A DNA stretch of 27,984 bases from Abditibacteriaceae bacterium. Lineage in GTDB: Bacteria > Armatimonadota > Abditibacteriia > Abditibacteriales > Abditibacteriaceae. Position 1 is the stretch's first letter. The number at the start of each line of letters is the position of its first letter. The position numbers and the translations under genes are program-made. The notes below the pieces were generated by a model. That model ran no database searches, was not told where the DNA came from, and saw only the letters and a program-made list of their open reading frames with translations. The DNA is taken from positions 1 through 27,984 of the forward strand of contig JANPJS010000056.1 in the NCBI GenBank assembly GCA_031425655.1, in the 5' to 3' direction. This document shows, one piece after another, positions 8,364-17,366 of the stretch.

Positions 8364-10982
8364 ATGCCAGAACTGGTAACGCTGACAATTGACGGGCAAA
8401 AAGTGACGGTGCCTAAAGGCGCTTTAGTCATTGAGGCGGCAACGCAAATCGGCATTGACGTGCCGCGTTTTTGCTATCACCCGAAATTGTCGGCGGTCGG
8501 GATGTGCCGGATGTGTTTGGGCGAAGTCGGGATGCCGAAAATGAATCCCGACCGCACGCCGGCACTCAACGAAGACGGCACGGCGCAAATCGCCATGATG
8601 CCCAAGCCGCAAACGCTTTGCACCACGCAAGCCGCCGACGGCATGGTGGTTTTAACCGAAACCGATTCCGTGAAAAAGATGCAGCACGGCGTCCTGGAAT
8701 TCTTCTTAGCCAACCATCCTCTCGACTGCCCGATTTGCGACAAGGGCGGCGAATGTATGCTGCAAGATCAAGCGATGGGCTACGGTCAGGGCGCCTCGCG
8801 TGTGCAGGATATGTATCATCTGCGCAAAGATTTGGCGAAGAATTTCCATCTCAGCGAACTGATTACGCTCGATCAGGAGCGTTGCATTCAGTGTGCGCGC
8901 TGCACGCGCTTCAGCGATGAAGTCGCGCAAGATCACGTTTTGGGACTCTATTCGCGTGGCAGCAAAACCTACATCGGCACGCTCAGCGATCCGCCCTTCG
9001 ATTCCAAATTTTCCGGCAACACCATTGATATTTGCCCGGTTGGCGCGCTTACCAGCCGCGCTTTTCGTTTTCGCGCCCGCGTTTGGGAATTGAAAAACGT
9101 GCCGACGATTTCGATGCAGGACGGCTGTGGCACCAACATTTTCGTGAGCCAGCGCAACGAAACCTTCGTGCGCGTCATTCCGCGCGACAACGAAGCGATT
9201 AACGAGTGCTGGATTTCCGACCGCGACCGTTTTGGCCTCGAATACGTTGATCATTCGTCGCGTTTGGCGCAGCCGCTGGTGCGGCGCGGCGGACGGCACA
9301 GCCGTCTCGAACCCGCGACGTGGGACGAAGCGCTGCAAATCGTCGCCGACAAAATGCGCGCCGCCGAGCCGGGACAAATCGCCGCTGTGGGCAGCGCCAA
9401 ACTGACCAACGAAGGCGCATTAACGATGGCGCGTTTGTTCCGCGAAACCCTCGGCACGCCGAACGTAGATCACGAATGGCAGCCGACTTTAGCCAACGCG
9501 CAGCCTTTGCCGTCCACGTTTTACGAAGAACTCGAAAGCGCCGATGTGATTCTCGTTGTCGGCGCCAATCCGAACGAAGAATTGCCGATTCTCGATTTGC
9601 GCCTCAAAAAAGCCGCGTTTCAGCGCAAAGCGCAAATCATCAATTGCCACACCACGAAAACTTCGCTCACTGACCTCGCAAAAACCAATTTGCTATTGCA
9701 TCCCGGCAGCGAAGCGGCGCTTTTAAACGGGCTGGCGCGTGTGATTCATCAAGGCTGGCAGGCCGAACCGGAATTGGACGCCACGCTACGTTCGAGCTTG
9801 GAAAACCGCGCCGAAAGCAAAGCGTGGCTGGAAAGTTTGGCGCCGTTCGGCTCGGCCAAAGTGGAAAGCACGGCGGGCGTGGACGAAGAAACCATGCGCG
9901 GCATCGCCGAAAGCATTACGGGCGCGCAAAAATTGTTCGTGCTGATTGGCGCCACTTTGTCACCCGAAGCGCACAAAGCGGCTTTAAATCTCGCCGCGAT
10001 GAAAGGCCGCGCCGATTATTGCGCGGTTTTGAATCCGGCGCCCAATAAACAAGGTGTGCGCCGCGCCGGACTTGTGCCCGGCGCCAAAGGTTTGAGCGGC
10101 TCGCAGATTCTCGAAACCGGCGCACTGGGCGGTCTCAAAGTGCTTTACATCGCGGCGAATAACCCGTTGAACAGCGCGTTTAAGCACGAAACGGCGCGCA
10201 AAGCCCTCGAAAAGACGCCGTTTGTCGTCGCGCAAACGCTTTTTGAAAACGAATTGACCCAATTCGCCGATGTGGTTTTGCCGGGGGCCAGCTTTTTGGA
10301 GCAGGACGGCACGACCACGAATTTTCACGGCAAAGTGCAGGTTCTCAAGCAGGCTTTTCGTCCGCGCGAACGCCGCAACGAAGCCGGCGAAACGCTTTCG
10401 GCCTGTGCGCCCGACTGGATTATTTTCACGAAATTGGCGCAGATTCTTGGCGCCGATTGGGGTTATCGCAAAAGCGGCGATGTCACGCAGTCGTTTAAAG
10501 CGATTCCGGCGTCCGCTGAAGAAGTTAAATTCGCGCCGGCTTCGCCCGATGCCGCCAACGAAGCGTATGCTTCGACTTCGCCGCTCGGCTCTTTCAAAAT
10601 TGTGACCGGCGCGCTGTTTTACGACGGCGGCGAAAGCTTTCAATATTGCGAACGCTTGGGCCGTGTCGTGCCGCAACCATTTATGACGATTAATCGCAGC
10701 GATGCGCGCAAAATCGGCGTGGAAAGCAACGATTTGGTCGAAGTGCGCGGCGATTGGGGCGCGGCGAAGGCACAAATTAAAATCGGACGCGCCGTCAAAG
10801 AAGGCACTGTTTTCGTGCCGCGCCGCCTGCGCGATTTGCAACTCAACAAAATCGCGCCCGGACAAGGCGCTTTCGTGACCTTGACCAAAGTCGTGGCCAC
10901 ACACCAGGAGCCGGAATTAGTCGGTGCGATTTCCGAAGAGCCAGCAGGCTTTTCGCAGCAAGGGCAGGAACGAACGATTTAA
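8364..10982 (+). CDS. nuoG: NADH-quinone oxidoreductase subunit G
   Basis: RFCYHPKLSAVGMCRMC, HPLDCPICDKGGEC, CIQCARC..CPVGAL and a molybdopterin-oxidoreductase-like C-terminal body. Start set at ATG 8364; the upstream extension is repeat sequence. Confidence 0.96.
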   Translation: MPELVTLTIDGQKVTVPKGALVIEAATQIGIDVPRFCYHPKLSAVGMCRMCLGEVGMPKMNPDRTPALNEDGTAQIAMMPKPQTLCTTQAADGMVVLTETDSVKKMQHGVLEFFLANHPLDCPICDKGGECMLQDQAMGYGQGASRVQDMYHLRKDLAKNFHLSELITLDQERCIQCARCTRFSDEVAQDHVLGLYSRGSKTYIGTLSDPPFDSKFSGNTIDICPVGALTSRAFRFRARVWELKNVPTISMQDGCGTNIFVSQRNETFVRVIPRDNEAINECWISDRDRFGLEYVDHSSRLAQPLVRRGGRHSRLEPATWDEALQIVADKMRAAEPGQIAAVGSAKLTNEGALTMARLFRETLGTPNVDHEWQPTLANAQPLPSTFYEELESADVILVVGANPNEELPILDLRLKKAAFQRKAQIINCHTTKTSLTDLAKTNLLLHPGSEAALLNGLARVIHQGWQAEPELDATLRSSLENRAESKAWLESLAPFGSAKVESTAGVDEETMRGIAESITGAQKLFVLIGATLSPEAHKAALNLAAMKGRADYCAVLNPAPNKQGVRRAGLVPGAKGLSGSQILETGALGGLKVLYIAANNPLNSAFKHETARKALEKTPFVVAQTLFENELTQFADVVLPGASFLEQDGTTTNFHGKVQVLKQAFRPRERRNEAGETLSACAPDWIIFTKLAQILGADWGYRKSGDVTQSFKAIPASAEEVKFAPASPDAANEAYASTSPLGSFKIVTGALFYDGGESFQYCERLGRVVPQPFMTINRSDARKIGVESNDLVEVRGDWGAAKAQIKIGRAVKEGTVFVPRRLRDLQLNKIAPGQGAFVTLTKVVATHQEPELVGAISEEPAGFSQQGQERTI

Positions 10983-10987
10983 ATTTG

Positions 10988-11126
10988 ATTCACCGCCGAG
11001 ACGCGGAGGACGCGGAGAAGAAATTGGGTTTTCAGTGAGATTTAAGAATAAAAACAGTAATTTTTTTTGTTCTTAACTCTCACAACCTCAAATTTTCTCT
11101 GCGATCTCTGCGTCTCGGCGGTGAAT
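10988..11126. repeat. CACCGC(C/A)GAG family inverted-repeat element, copy 2
   Basis: attcaccgccgagacgcggag ... ctctgcgtctcggcggtgaat with a very AT-rich spacer. Confidence 0.9.
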
Positions 11127-11136
11127 AAAGGGTTTT

Positions 11137-12195
11137 ATGGATTGGTGGAATTTAGCGATAACCGTGGTGCGCACGATTATCATTTTCGCGGGCGCGATGA
11201 CGATGGTGCCGGTTCTCATCTGGCTGGAGCGCAAACTCGTCGCCGATTTTCAGGTGCGCGTGGGGCCGAACCGCGTCGGGCCGTTCGGCTTGCTGCAACC
11301 GCTGGCCGACGCTCTGAAATTGATGATGAAAGAGGACATCACGCCGACCGGCGTTGATAAACCGATTTATTATCTGGCGCCGCTTCTCGCTCTGATGCCC
11401 GCCGTAATGGCGTTGGGCGTGATTCCGTGGGGGCCGGCGCCGTGGACGCGCATCACGGATTTAAATCATTCGCTGCTTTATTCCCTTGCGATTTCCGGCC
11501 TGTCGGTTTACGCCATCGCGCTGGCCGGCTGGGCATCGAATAACAAATATTCGCTGATGGGCGGCTTGCGCGCCGCCGCGCAAATGATTTCTTACGAATT
11601 GGGCATGGGAATGTCCCTCGTGGTGATGGCGCTTGCCACAAGCAGCACTTCGCTGACGGAAATCGTCGAAAAGCAAGCGCAGGGCGGCTGGGGAATTTTC
11701 AACTGGAACATCTTCGGCGGCGGCAATCTGTGGCTGATTCCTTCGATGATTATCGCCGCGCTGGTTTATTTCACCTGCGGCATCGCCGAAACCAATCGCG
11801 CGCCGTTCGACTTGGCCGAAGCTGAATCGGAACTGACTGCCGGCTTTCACACCGAATATTCTTCGTTCAAATTCGCCATCTTTTTCATGGCCGAATACGT
11901 CAACATGGTCATCGTTTCCGCCCTTGCGACGACTCTTTTTCTCGGCGGTTGGGCCGGGCCGGGCGTGACGCCGGACGCGAATGGCGTCTACGGCATTTTG
12001 CCGACGCTGCTCGGCGTGGCCTATTTTCTGGCGAAGGTCTTTTTCTTCATCTTCATTTATATGTGGCTGCGCGCCAGTCTGCCGCGCTTCCGCTACGATC
12101 AATTGATGCACTTCGGCTGGAAATTTTTACTGCCGCTCGGCCTGGCGAACATCTTTTTCGTGAGTCTCGCCATCGCTTTGAACAACTGGAAATAA
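11137..12195 (+). CDS. nuoH: NADH-quinone oxidoreductase subunit H
   Basis: [36 protein letters not shown] and [10 protein letters not shown]. Confidence 0.97.
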   Translation: MDWWNLAITVVRTIIIFAGAMTMVPVLIWLERKLVADFQVRVGPNRVGPFGLLQPLADALKLMMKEDITPTGVDKPIYYLAPLLALMPAVMALGVIPWGPAPWTRITDLNHSLLYSLAISGLSVYAIALAGWASNNKYSLMGGLRAAAQMISYELGMGMSLVVMALATSSTSLTEIVEKQAQGGWGIFNWNIFGGGNLWLIPSMIIAALVYFTCGIAETNRAPFDLAEAESELTAGFHTEYSSFKFAIFFMAEYVNMVIVSALATTLFLGGWAGPGVTPDANGVYGILPTLLGVAYFLAKVFFFIFIYMWLRASLPRFRYDQLMHFGWKFLLPLGLANIFFVSLAIALNNWK

Positions 12196-12196
12196 G

Positions 12197-12335
12197 TTCA
12201 CCGCAGAGACGCGGAGAGCGCAGAGTCCAGACACGGAGACAAAAGACATGGAGACACGGAGAGCCTGCTTATTTTTTCCGTGTCTCCCCTTCTCCGTGTC
12301 TGGACTCTCTGCGTCCTCCGCGTCTCGGCGGTGAA
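12197..12335. repeat. CACCGCAGAG family element, copy 3, with a nested ACACGGAG-type inverted repeat
   Basis: Outer ttcaccgcagagacgcggag / ctccgcgtctcggcggtgaa; inner tccagacacggaga / tctccgtgtctgga (12226-12304). Confidence 0.9.
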
Positions 12336-12350
12336 TTAAAAGGAAACAAA

Positions 12351-12893
12351 ATGAGTCTCATTCCCGGATTCGCTAAAGGCATGGCGCGCACGCTGAAACA
12401 CGCGGTCGGCACCAACTTGAGCGAAGAAGCCACAACCGTCCAATATCCTGAACAAGAAAAAGCGCGCCCGATTCGTTTCCGAGGCCGCCACATTCTCAAC
12501 CGCTACGAAAACGGCTTGGAACGCTGCATCGGCTGCTCGCTGTGCGCGGCGGCGTGTCCCGCCGAAGCGATTTGGGTCGAAGCGGCGGAAAACGATCCCG
12601 AAAAGCGCGTTTCGCCCGGCGAACGCTACGCCGCGCGTTACGAAATCAATATGCTGCGCTGCATCTTTTGCGGCTACTGCGAAGAAGCCTGTCCAACCGG
12701 CGCCGTGCAACTCGGCCACGATTACAAAATGGTGGACGAAGACGGAATGCAGCACGATTGGAGCGACCGCGACAGCTTCATTTTCACCAAAGACATGATG
12801 CTCGTGCCGCCGCAAAGCAACAAGCCCGACCCGCTCATTGATGCTCTTGATGAGCGCTTGAAACAGAATCCCGACCACGACCGCGTCTGGTAA
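12351..12893 (+). CDS. nuoI: NADH-quinone oxidoreductase subunit I
   Basis: [25 protein letters not shown] and [20 protein letters not shown] before ATG 12351. Confidence 0.97.
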   Translation: MSLIPGFAKGMARTLKHAVGTNLSEEATTVQYPEQEKARPIRFRGRHILNRYENGLERCIGCSLCAAACPAEAIWVEAAENDPEKRVSPGERYAARYEINMLRCIFCGYCEEACPTGAVQLGHDYKMVDEDGMQHDWSDRDSFIFTKDMMLVPPQSNKPDPLIDALDERLKQNPDHDRVW

Positions 12894-12910
12894 AAGTGCG
12901 GAGCTTTCAG

Positions 12911-12955
12911 CAAAACAATCGCGTCGGCCAATGCCGGGGCGATTGTTTTGTTTTT
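12911..12955 (+). terminator. Probable intrinsic terminator after nuoI
   Basis: caaaacaatcgc ... gcgattgttttg stem followed by ttttt. Confidence 0.7.
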
Positions 12956-12959
12956 CTAC

Positions 12960-12988
12960 TTGACGAGCCTCCACTTTCCGCATACAAT
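12960..12988 (+). promoter_or_regulatory. Sigma70-type promoter
   Basis: TTGACG (12960-12965), 17-nt spacer, TACAAT (12983-12988). Confidence 0.75.
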
Positions 12989-12990
12989 CC

Positions 12991-13026
12991 AATCGCATAG
13001 TCGTTAAATTTAACGACTATGCGATT
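12991..13026. promoter_or_regulatory. Perfect 36-bp palindrome overlapping the predicted transcription start (operator or leader hairpin)
   Basis: aatcgcatagtcgttaaa|tttaacgactatgcgatt is fully self-complementary. Confidence 0.7.
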
Positions 13027-13043
13027 TTTGCGGATGGAAAGCC

Positions 13044-13343
13044 ATGACCCACGATGACGACAGGCGTGACTTTGAGTCCGCGCTCGAACCGTATCTCACT
13101 GCGTTCAGTGAGACGAATTCCAGTGTTTTTTCCGCCTTGGATCGGCTCAGCGAAGCGGAGCAAGGCGTCAAACGGGAGCTTTTAAAGCGAGTCGCGGGCA
13201 GCGATTTGTCGTTCGTCTGCGAGCGCTGCGGCGCTTTGGTGTGGATCGAGATCGCGGAAAGCAGTGCGCTGATTTTAGTGGAAGCCGACGGCACGCCGCA
13301 CGAAGACCGCTGCCATCCGGCCAGCGAAGTGTTTGGCATTTGA
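13044..13343 (+). CDS. Small hypothetical protein with a putative CxxC...H...C zinc-binding module
   Basis: CERCGALVW...ADGTPHEDRCH; lies directly downstream of the promoter. Confidence 0.65.
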   Translation: MTHDDDRRDFESALEPYLTAFSETNSSVFSALDRLSEAEQGVKRELLKRVAGSDLSFVCERCGALVWIEIAESSALILVEADGTPHEDRCHPASEVFGI

Positions 13344-13362
13344 CGAAGTATGGGAGACGGTT

Positions 13363-13581
13363 ATGGAACACGAAAAGCAGGAGTATCGAGGCGCGATGCG
13401 CGAAGTGGAAAGCACGCTGCGCCGCTTCGACCGGCGTTTTTACCGGCGCGATTCGCTCAAAGGCGCGCCGACTTCGGAACTGGTAACGCTGTGGCGCGAT
13501 TTGCGGCGCGTGCGGCGCCGCTTTCAAGAAGTGTTGCCGCAGTCTCCTTCGATGAACCACGCGACGCAGCGGCGCGATTGA
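13363..13581 (+). CDS. Small basic, helical hypothetical protein
   Basis: GGGAGA RBS before ATG 13363 (alternative TTG at 13333); Arg-rich. Confidence 0.5.
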   Translation: MEHEKQEYRGAMREVESTLRRFDRRFYRRDSLKGAPTSELVTLWRDLRRVRRRFQEVLPQSPSMNHATQRRD

Positions 13582-13586
13582 ACGCT

Positions 13587-13798
13587 TGAACCCCCTGCCC
13601 AAAGGGCGCCCGCCGGCCTCCTGCCCAGAGGGCGCCCGCCTTGATACGGCAAAGGGGAAGGGAGTGGAAACTATCACGCTCAGGAAAAGTAATAGTTTAT
13701 TCCGCGCAAATGCGACGGGACTCCCTTCCCCTTTGCCGTATCAAGGCGGGCGCCCTCTGGGCAGGAGGCCGGCGGGCGCCCTTTGGGCAGGGGGTTCA
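13587..13798. repeat. MITE/REP-like element with perfect 79-bp inverted repeats
   Basis: 13587-13665 is the exact reverse complement of 13720-13798, around a 54-bp spacer. Confidence 0.92.
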
Positions 13799-13808
13799 GA
13801 GCCGCCGC

Positions 13809-13817
13809 TGCTATAAT
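13809..13817 (+). promoter_or_regulatory. Possible extended -10 promoter for galM
   Basis: TGCTATAAT (TGn-TATAAT) about 90 bp upstream of the galM start. Confidence 0.45.
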
Positions 13818-13903
13818 TGACTGCGAATCCCACGACGTAAGAGCGGAATGCAAAGTGCGATTTCGCCTTTGTGTCACGCAAAATTCGCAAGGAGAAAGCA
13901 TCT

Positions 13904-15022
13904 GTGAAACCGATTTTGTTAACCGCCGTTGCTCTGTGTTCCCTGTCTGCCCACGCCGCACCCATGAAAGGCGGCATCACCAAACAAGCGTTTGGCACGC
14001 TGCCCAACGGCACCGCTGTTGACCTTTACACGCTGACCAACTCGCGTGGTGCGCAGGCCAAAATCACCAATTATGGCGGCATTGTGACCGCGCTCAAAGT
14101 GCCTGACCGCAAAGGCCGCTTCGCCGACGTGGTTCTGGGCTACAACACGCTCGGCGACTATGTAAAAAGCACGCCTTATTTCGGCGCGATTACCGGACGC
14201 TATGCCAATCGCATCGCAAACGGGCAGTTTTCGCTCGACGGCAAAACGTATAATCTGGCCAAAAACAACGGGCCAAATGCGCTGCATGGCGGCAAAGTCG
14301 GCTTCGATAAAGTGCTGTGGCAGGGCACGCATCGCCAAACCTGGCGCGGCCCCGAACTTTCGCTGCGCTATTTAAGTAAAAACGGCGAAGAAGGCTATCC
14401 CGGCAATTTGAACGTGCGCGTGGTTTACACGCTGACCAACGACAACGAGCTGCGCATTGATTACAGCGCGGTCACCGATCAAAAAACGGTTCTCAACCTC
14501 ACGCACCATTCGTATTTCAACCTCGCGGGCGACGGCAGCGGCGATATTCTTGGCCATCGCCTGAAACTGAACGCCAACCGCTTCACGCCGGTTGATGCCA
14601 CAGCAATTCCGACCGGCAAGCTGCAAAGCGTGCGCGGCACGCCCTTCGATTTCACGCGATTTCACAGCATCGGCGCTCGCATCAATCAGAAAAATGAGCA
14701 GTTGACACGTGGAAAGGGCTACGATCACAACTTCGTGGTCAACGGACGCGGTTTTCGCACTGCAGCCCACGTTTACGAGCCGAAATCGGGCCGCATTATG
14801 ACGGTTTCCTCGACCGAACCGGGAATTCAGCTTTACACCGGCAACTTCCTCGACGGCACTCTGACCGGCAAAAGCGGCAAAAAATACAATTTCCGCAACG
14901 GTTTTTGCCTCGAAACGCAGCATTTTCCCGATTCGCCCAATCGCCCGAAATTTCCCTCGACAGTTTTGAAACCCGGCCACGTTTACCGCCAGACCACGAT
15001 TTATCGCTTCGGAACGCGTTAA
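13904..15022 (+). CDS. galM: Aldose 1-epimerase (mutarotase) with N-terminal signal peptide
   Basis: YFGAITGRYANRIA, NALHGG, NLTHHSYFNL, GYDHNF and FCLETQHFPD. AAGGAG RBS before GTG 13904; MKPILLTAVALCSLSAHA signal. Confidence 0.95.
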   Translation: MKPILLTAVALCSLSAHAAPMKGGITKQAFGTLPNGTAVDLYTLTNSRGAQAKITNYGGIVTALKVPDRKGRFADVVLGYNTLGDYVKSTPYFGAITGRYANRIANGQFSLDGKTYNLAKNNGPNALHGGKVGFDKVLWQGTHRQTWRGPELSLRYLSKNGEEGYPGNLNVRVVYTLTNDNELRIDYSAVTDQKTVLNLTHHSYFNLAGDGSGDILGHRLKLNANRFTPVDATAIPTGKLQSVRGTPFDFTRFHSIGARINQKNEQLTRGKGYDHNFVVNGRGFRTAAHVYEPKSGRIMTVSSTEPGIQLYTGNFLDGTLTGKSGKKYNFRNGFCLETQHFPDSPNRPKFPSTVLKPGHVYRQTTIYRFGTR

Positions 15023-15042
15023 ATTAGCTCAATCCCATTCTG

Positions 15043-15086
15043 AATTGAACGCCCGCAGCAATTCGCTGTGGGCGTTCAATTATTTA
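15043..15086 (+). terminator. Hairpin/terminator after galM
   Basis: aattgaacgcccgcagc-aattc-gctgtgggcgttcaatt followed by attt. Confidence 0.65.
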
Positions 15087-15115
15087 CGGCGCCTATATTT
15101 GTTAAACCAGAAGCC

Positions 15116-16612
15116 ATGACATTCAACGAAATTCTCGCGGTTTACGAAGGCTACGAGCCTCCCGAAGTGTGGCGGCATTTCGCGGCACTGAATGCGATTC
15201 CACGCCCGTCGGGGCAGGAAAAAGCGGCGGCTGATTACGTGAAAAGCGTGGCCGAAGCGCACGGCGCGACATGGAAAAGCGATGCGCGCGGCAACGTGAT
15301 CGTTTACGCTCCGGCCACAGCGGGCCGCGAAAGCGCCGCGCCGTTGGCGATTCAGGCGCACCTCGACATGGTCTGCGAAAAGCGGCCCGAATGGGCGCAC
15401 GATTTTGCGCGCGATCCGATTCGGCCTCGCCGCGTGCCGTCTGCCGAAGGCGAACGCATTTACGCAAGCGGCACCACGCTTGGCGCCGATAACGGTATCG
15501 GCGCCGCAATGGCTTTAGCCACGCTGACTTCTGATATTCAACACGGCCCGCTCGAACTGATTTTCACCGTCGAAGAAGAAACCGGATTGCACGGCGCGAT
15601 GGCATTGGACGCTTCGCTGCTGGGCGCCCGACGCTTAATCAATCTCGACAGCGAAGACCCGGACGAAATCACCATCGGCTGCGCGGGCGGCAGCGGCGTG
15701 ACGTTGAGCCACTCCATCGCGAAAGAAACTTTGCGGCCCGGCCATGTCGGGCTGCGCTTGTCCGTTGGCGGCTTGCAGGGCGGACACAGCGGCATCGAAA
15801 TCAACAAGCCACTGGCCAATGCCATCAAGCTGCTCGCGCGCGTGCTGAATACGATCAGCGAAAAGGAAATTCCCTTTCATTTGGCGCGCATCGAAGGCGG
15901 ACAAGCGCATAACGCCATTCCGCGCGATGCTTTCGCCGAAATCGCGCTGTCGCCCAACGATGTCGCCGTCGTGCGTGAATTGATCGCCGAAAGCGAAGCC
16001 GAGTTGCGCGAATTGTGGGGCGAAAACGAGCCGGATTTGCGCCTTGTTGTCGAAGAAAGCGCCGCGCCGGAAAACGCACTGGCGCGCCCCGACGACGCGG
16101 CGATTTTGCGCCTGCTCAACGAATTGCCGCACGGCGTCGTGAAAATGAGTAAGCGTTACGACGGCAAAGTCGAAACTTCGCTGAACCTTGCCACGCTGCG
16201 CACGCACGAAACGCCCGATGGCTTCGAGGTTTCGCTGCATCTCAGCATTCGCTCGTTCGTGGCGGCGGAAACGGAGCGGGTGCGCGCGGAGATTTTAGAA
16301 GCCGCACGCGAAATTGTGCCGAGTATCGGCATCGAAATCCGCGACGGCTATCCCGGCTGGGAGCCATGCCCCGGCGCGCTGCTCGAAGCCGCACAGCGCG
16401 TTTTTCGACAGGTTTTCGGCGTCGAAGCGAAAGTCGAAATCGTCCACGCCGGGCTGGAATGCGGCGTCATCGCCGACAAACTGCCCGGACTCGAAGCGAT
16501 TTCGTTTGGCCCTCTGATTCGCGGCCCGCACACGCCCGAAGAATGGGTGGACGTGAGCAGTGTGCGTAGCATCTGGACACTGCTCGCGGCGCTACTGGAC
16601 GAGATTTCCTGA
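15116..16612 (+). CDS. pepD: Aminoacyl-histidine dipeptidase (peptidase M20C)
   Basis: IPRPSG, QAHLDMVCEK, TTLGADNGIG, EEETGL, NLDSED, HAGLECG and GPHTPEE. Confidence 0.92.
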   Translation: MTFNEILAVYEGYEPPEVWRHFAALNAIPRPSGQEKAAADYVKSVAEAHGATWKSDARGNVIVYAPATAGRESAAPLAIQAHLDMVCEKRPEWAHDFARDPIRPRRVPSAEGERIYASGTTLGADNGIGAAMALATLTSDIQHGPLELIFTVEEETGLHGAMALDASLLGARRLINLDSEDPDEITIGCAGGSGVTLSHSIAKETLRPGHVGLRLSVGGLQGGHSGIEINKPLANAIKLLARVLNTISEKEIPFHLARIEGGQAHNAIPRDAFAEIALSPNDVAVVRELIAESEAELRELWGENEPDLRLVVEESAAPENALARPDDAAILRLLNELPHGVVKMSKRYDGKVETSLNLATLRTHETPDGFEVSLHLSIRSFVAAETERVRAEILEAAREIVPSIGIEIRDGYPGWEPCPGALLEAAQRVFRQVFGVEAKVEIVHAGLECGVIADKLPGLEAISFGPLIRGPHTPEEWVDVSSVRSIWTLLAALLDEIS

Positions 16613-16616
16613 AATT

Positions 16617-17318
16617 CTAAAGCGAATCGGCGATGGCCCGCGCGGCCCCGGCTGGATCATTGGCGCCGGTAATCGGTCGGCCCACGACGAGCCACGTCGC
16701 GCCTTCATTCATGGCGTCGCGCGGTGTCATGACGCGCTTTTGGTCGCCTAAGGCGCTGCCCGCCGGACGCACGCCGGGCGTGACTAAAATGAAATCGTCG
16801 CCACATTCGGCCCGCACGGCGCTGATTTCCTGCGGTGAGCAAACCACGCCGTCCAACCCGGCTTCGCGCGCCAGTCGCGCCAGATGGCGCACAGCATCGC
16901 GCGGATATTCCGCCAAGCCGATTTCCTGCAAACTGGCCGCATTATGCGAGGTGAGAATCGTCACGCCGATGACCTGCACGCGTGGGTTTTCTTCGCGCGC
17001 GGCCTCGACGGCGGCTTTCATCATGTCGCGCCCGCCCAAGCAATGCACGTTGAACATCATCACGCCCAAACGCGCCGCGACGCGCGAACAAGCGGCGACG
17101 GTGTTGGGAATATCGTGGAATTTGAGGTCGAGAAACACATCCGGCGCGCCGATAGCTTCCACGATGCGCGGCCCTTCGCTGCAAAACAATTCCAGCCCGA
17201 TTTTATAGCCGCCGACGTGCCCTTTTAGCACTGTCGCCAACTCTTTGGCCTGTGCCGCCGTCGGCACGTCTAAGGCCACGAAAACCGGGTTGCGATTCGA
17301 TTTCAATTCTTCAGTCAT
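16617..17318 (-). CDS. pyrF: Orotidine-5'-phosphate decarboxylase
   Basis: VALD, VFLDLKFHDIPNTV, VTPGVR and LVVGRPI. Confidence 0.97.
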   Translation of the reverse strand: MTEELKSNRNPVFVALDVPTAAQAKELATVLKGHVGGYKIGLELFCSEGPRIVEAIGAPDVFLDLKFHDIPNTVAACSRVAARLGVMMFNVHCLGGRDMMKAAVEAAREENPRVQVIGVTILTSHNAASLQEIGLAEYPRDAVRHLARLAREAGLDGVVCSPQEISAVRAECGDDFILVTPGVRPAGSALGDQKRVMTPRDAMNEGATWLVVGRPITGANDPAGAARAIADSL

Positions 17319-17331
17319 GTCGTAAATTCTA

Positions 17332-17364
17332 CCTTCATCCCTCCGCCTTCATCCCTCATCCCTT
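17332..17364. repeat. Single-arm TCATCCC heptamer array
   Basis: ccttcatccctccgccttcatccctcatccctt, closely matching the right arm at 8320-8349. Confidence 0.75.
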
Positions 17365-17366
17365 CC

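Noticed and set aside
11949..12350. N-terminal extension of the 314-aa nuoI ORF (and similar extensions on nuoF, nuoG, DUF456, thyX and pepD)
   Set aside because: The extensions overlap upstream genes, repeats or terminators. Downstream starts fit the family N-termini better.
12991..13026. Palindrome as retron msr/msd or an integron attC site
   Set aside because: No reverse transcriptase or integrase in the window, and the perfect symmetry lacks the extrahelical bases and R-box pattern of attC.
2437..13798. Possible CRISPR array among the repeats
   Set aside because: The repeats are inverted pairs or short tandem units, not direct repeats with regularly sized unique spacers, and no cas genes are present.
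13586..14013. ORFs on both strands sharing NPLPKGRPPASCPEGARL
   Set aside because: They are translations of the 79-bp inverted-repeat arms, not genes.
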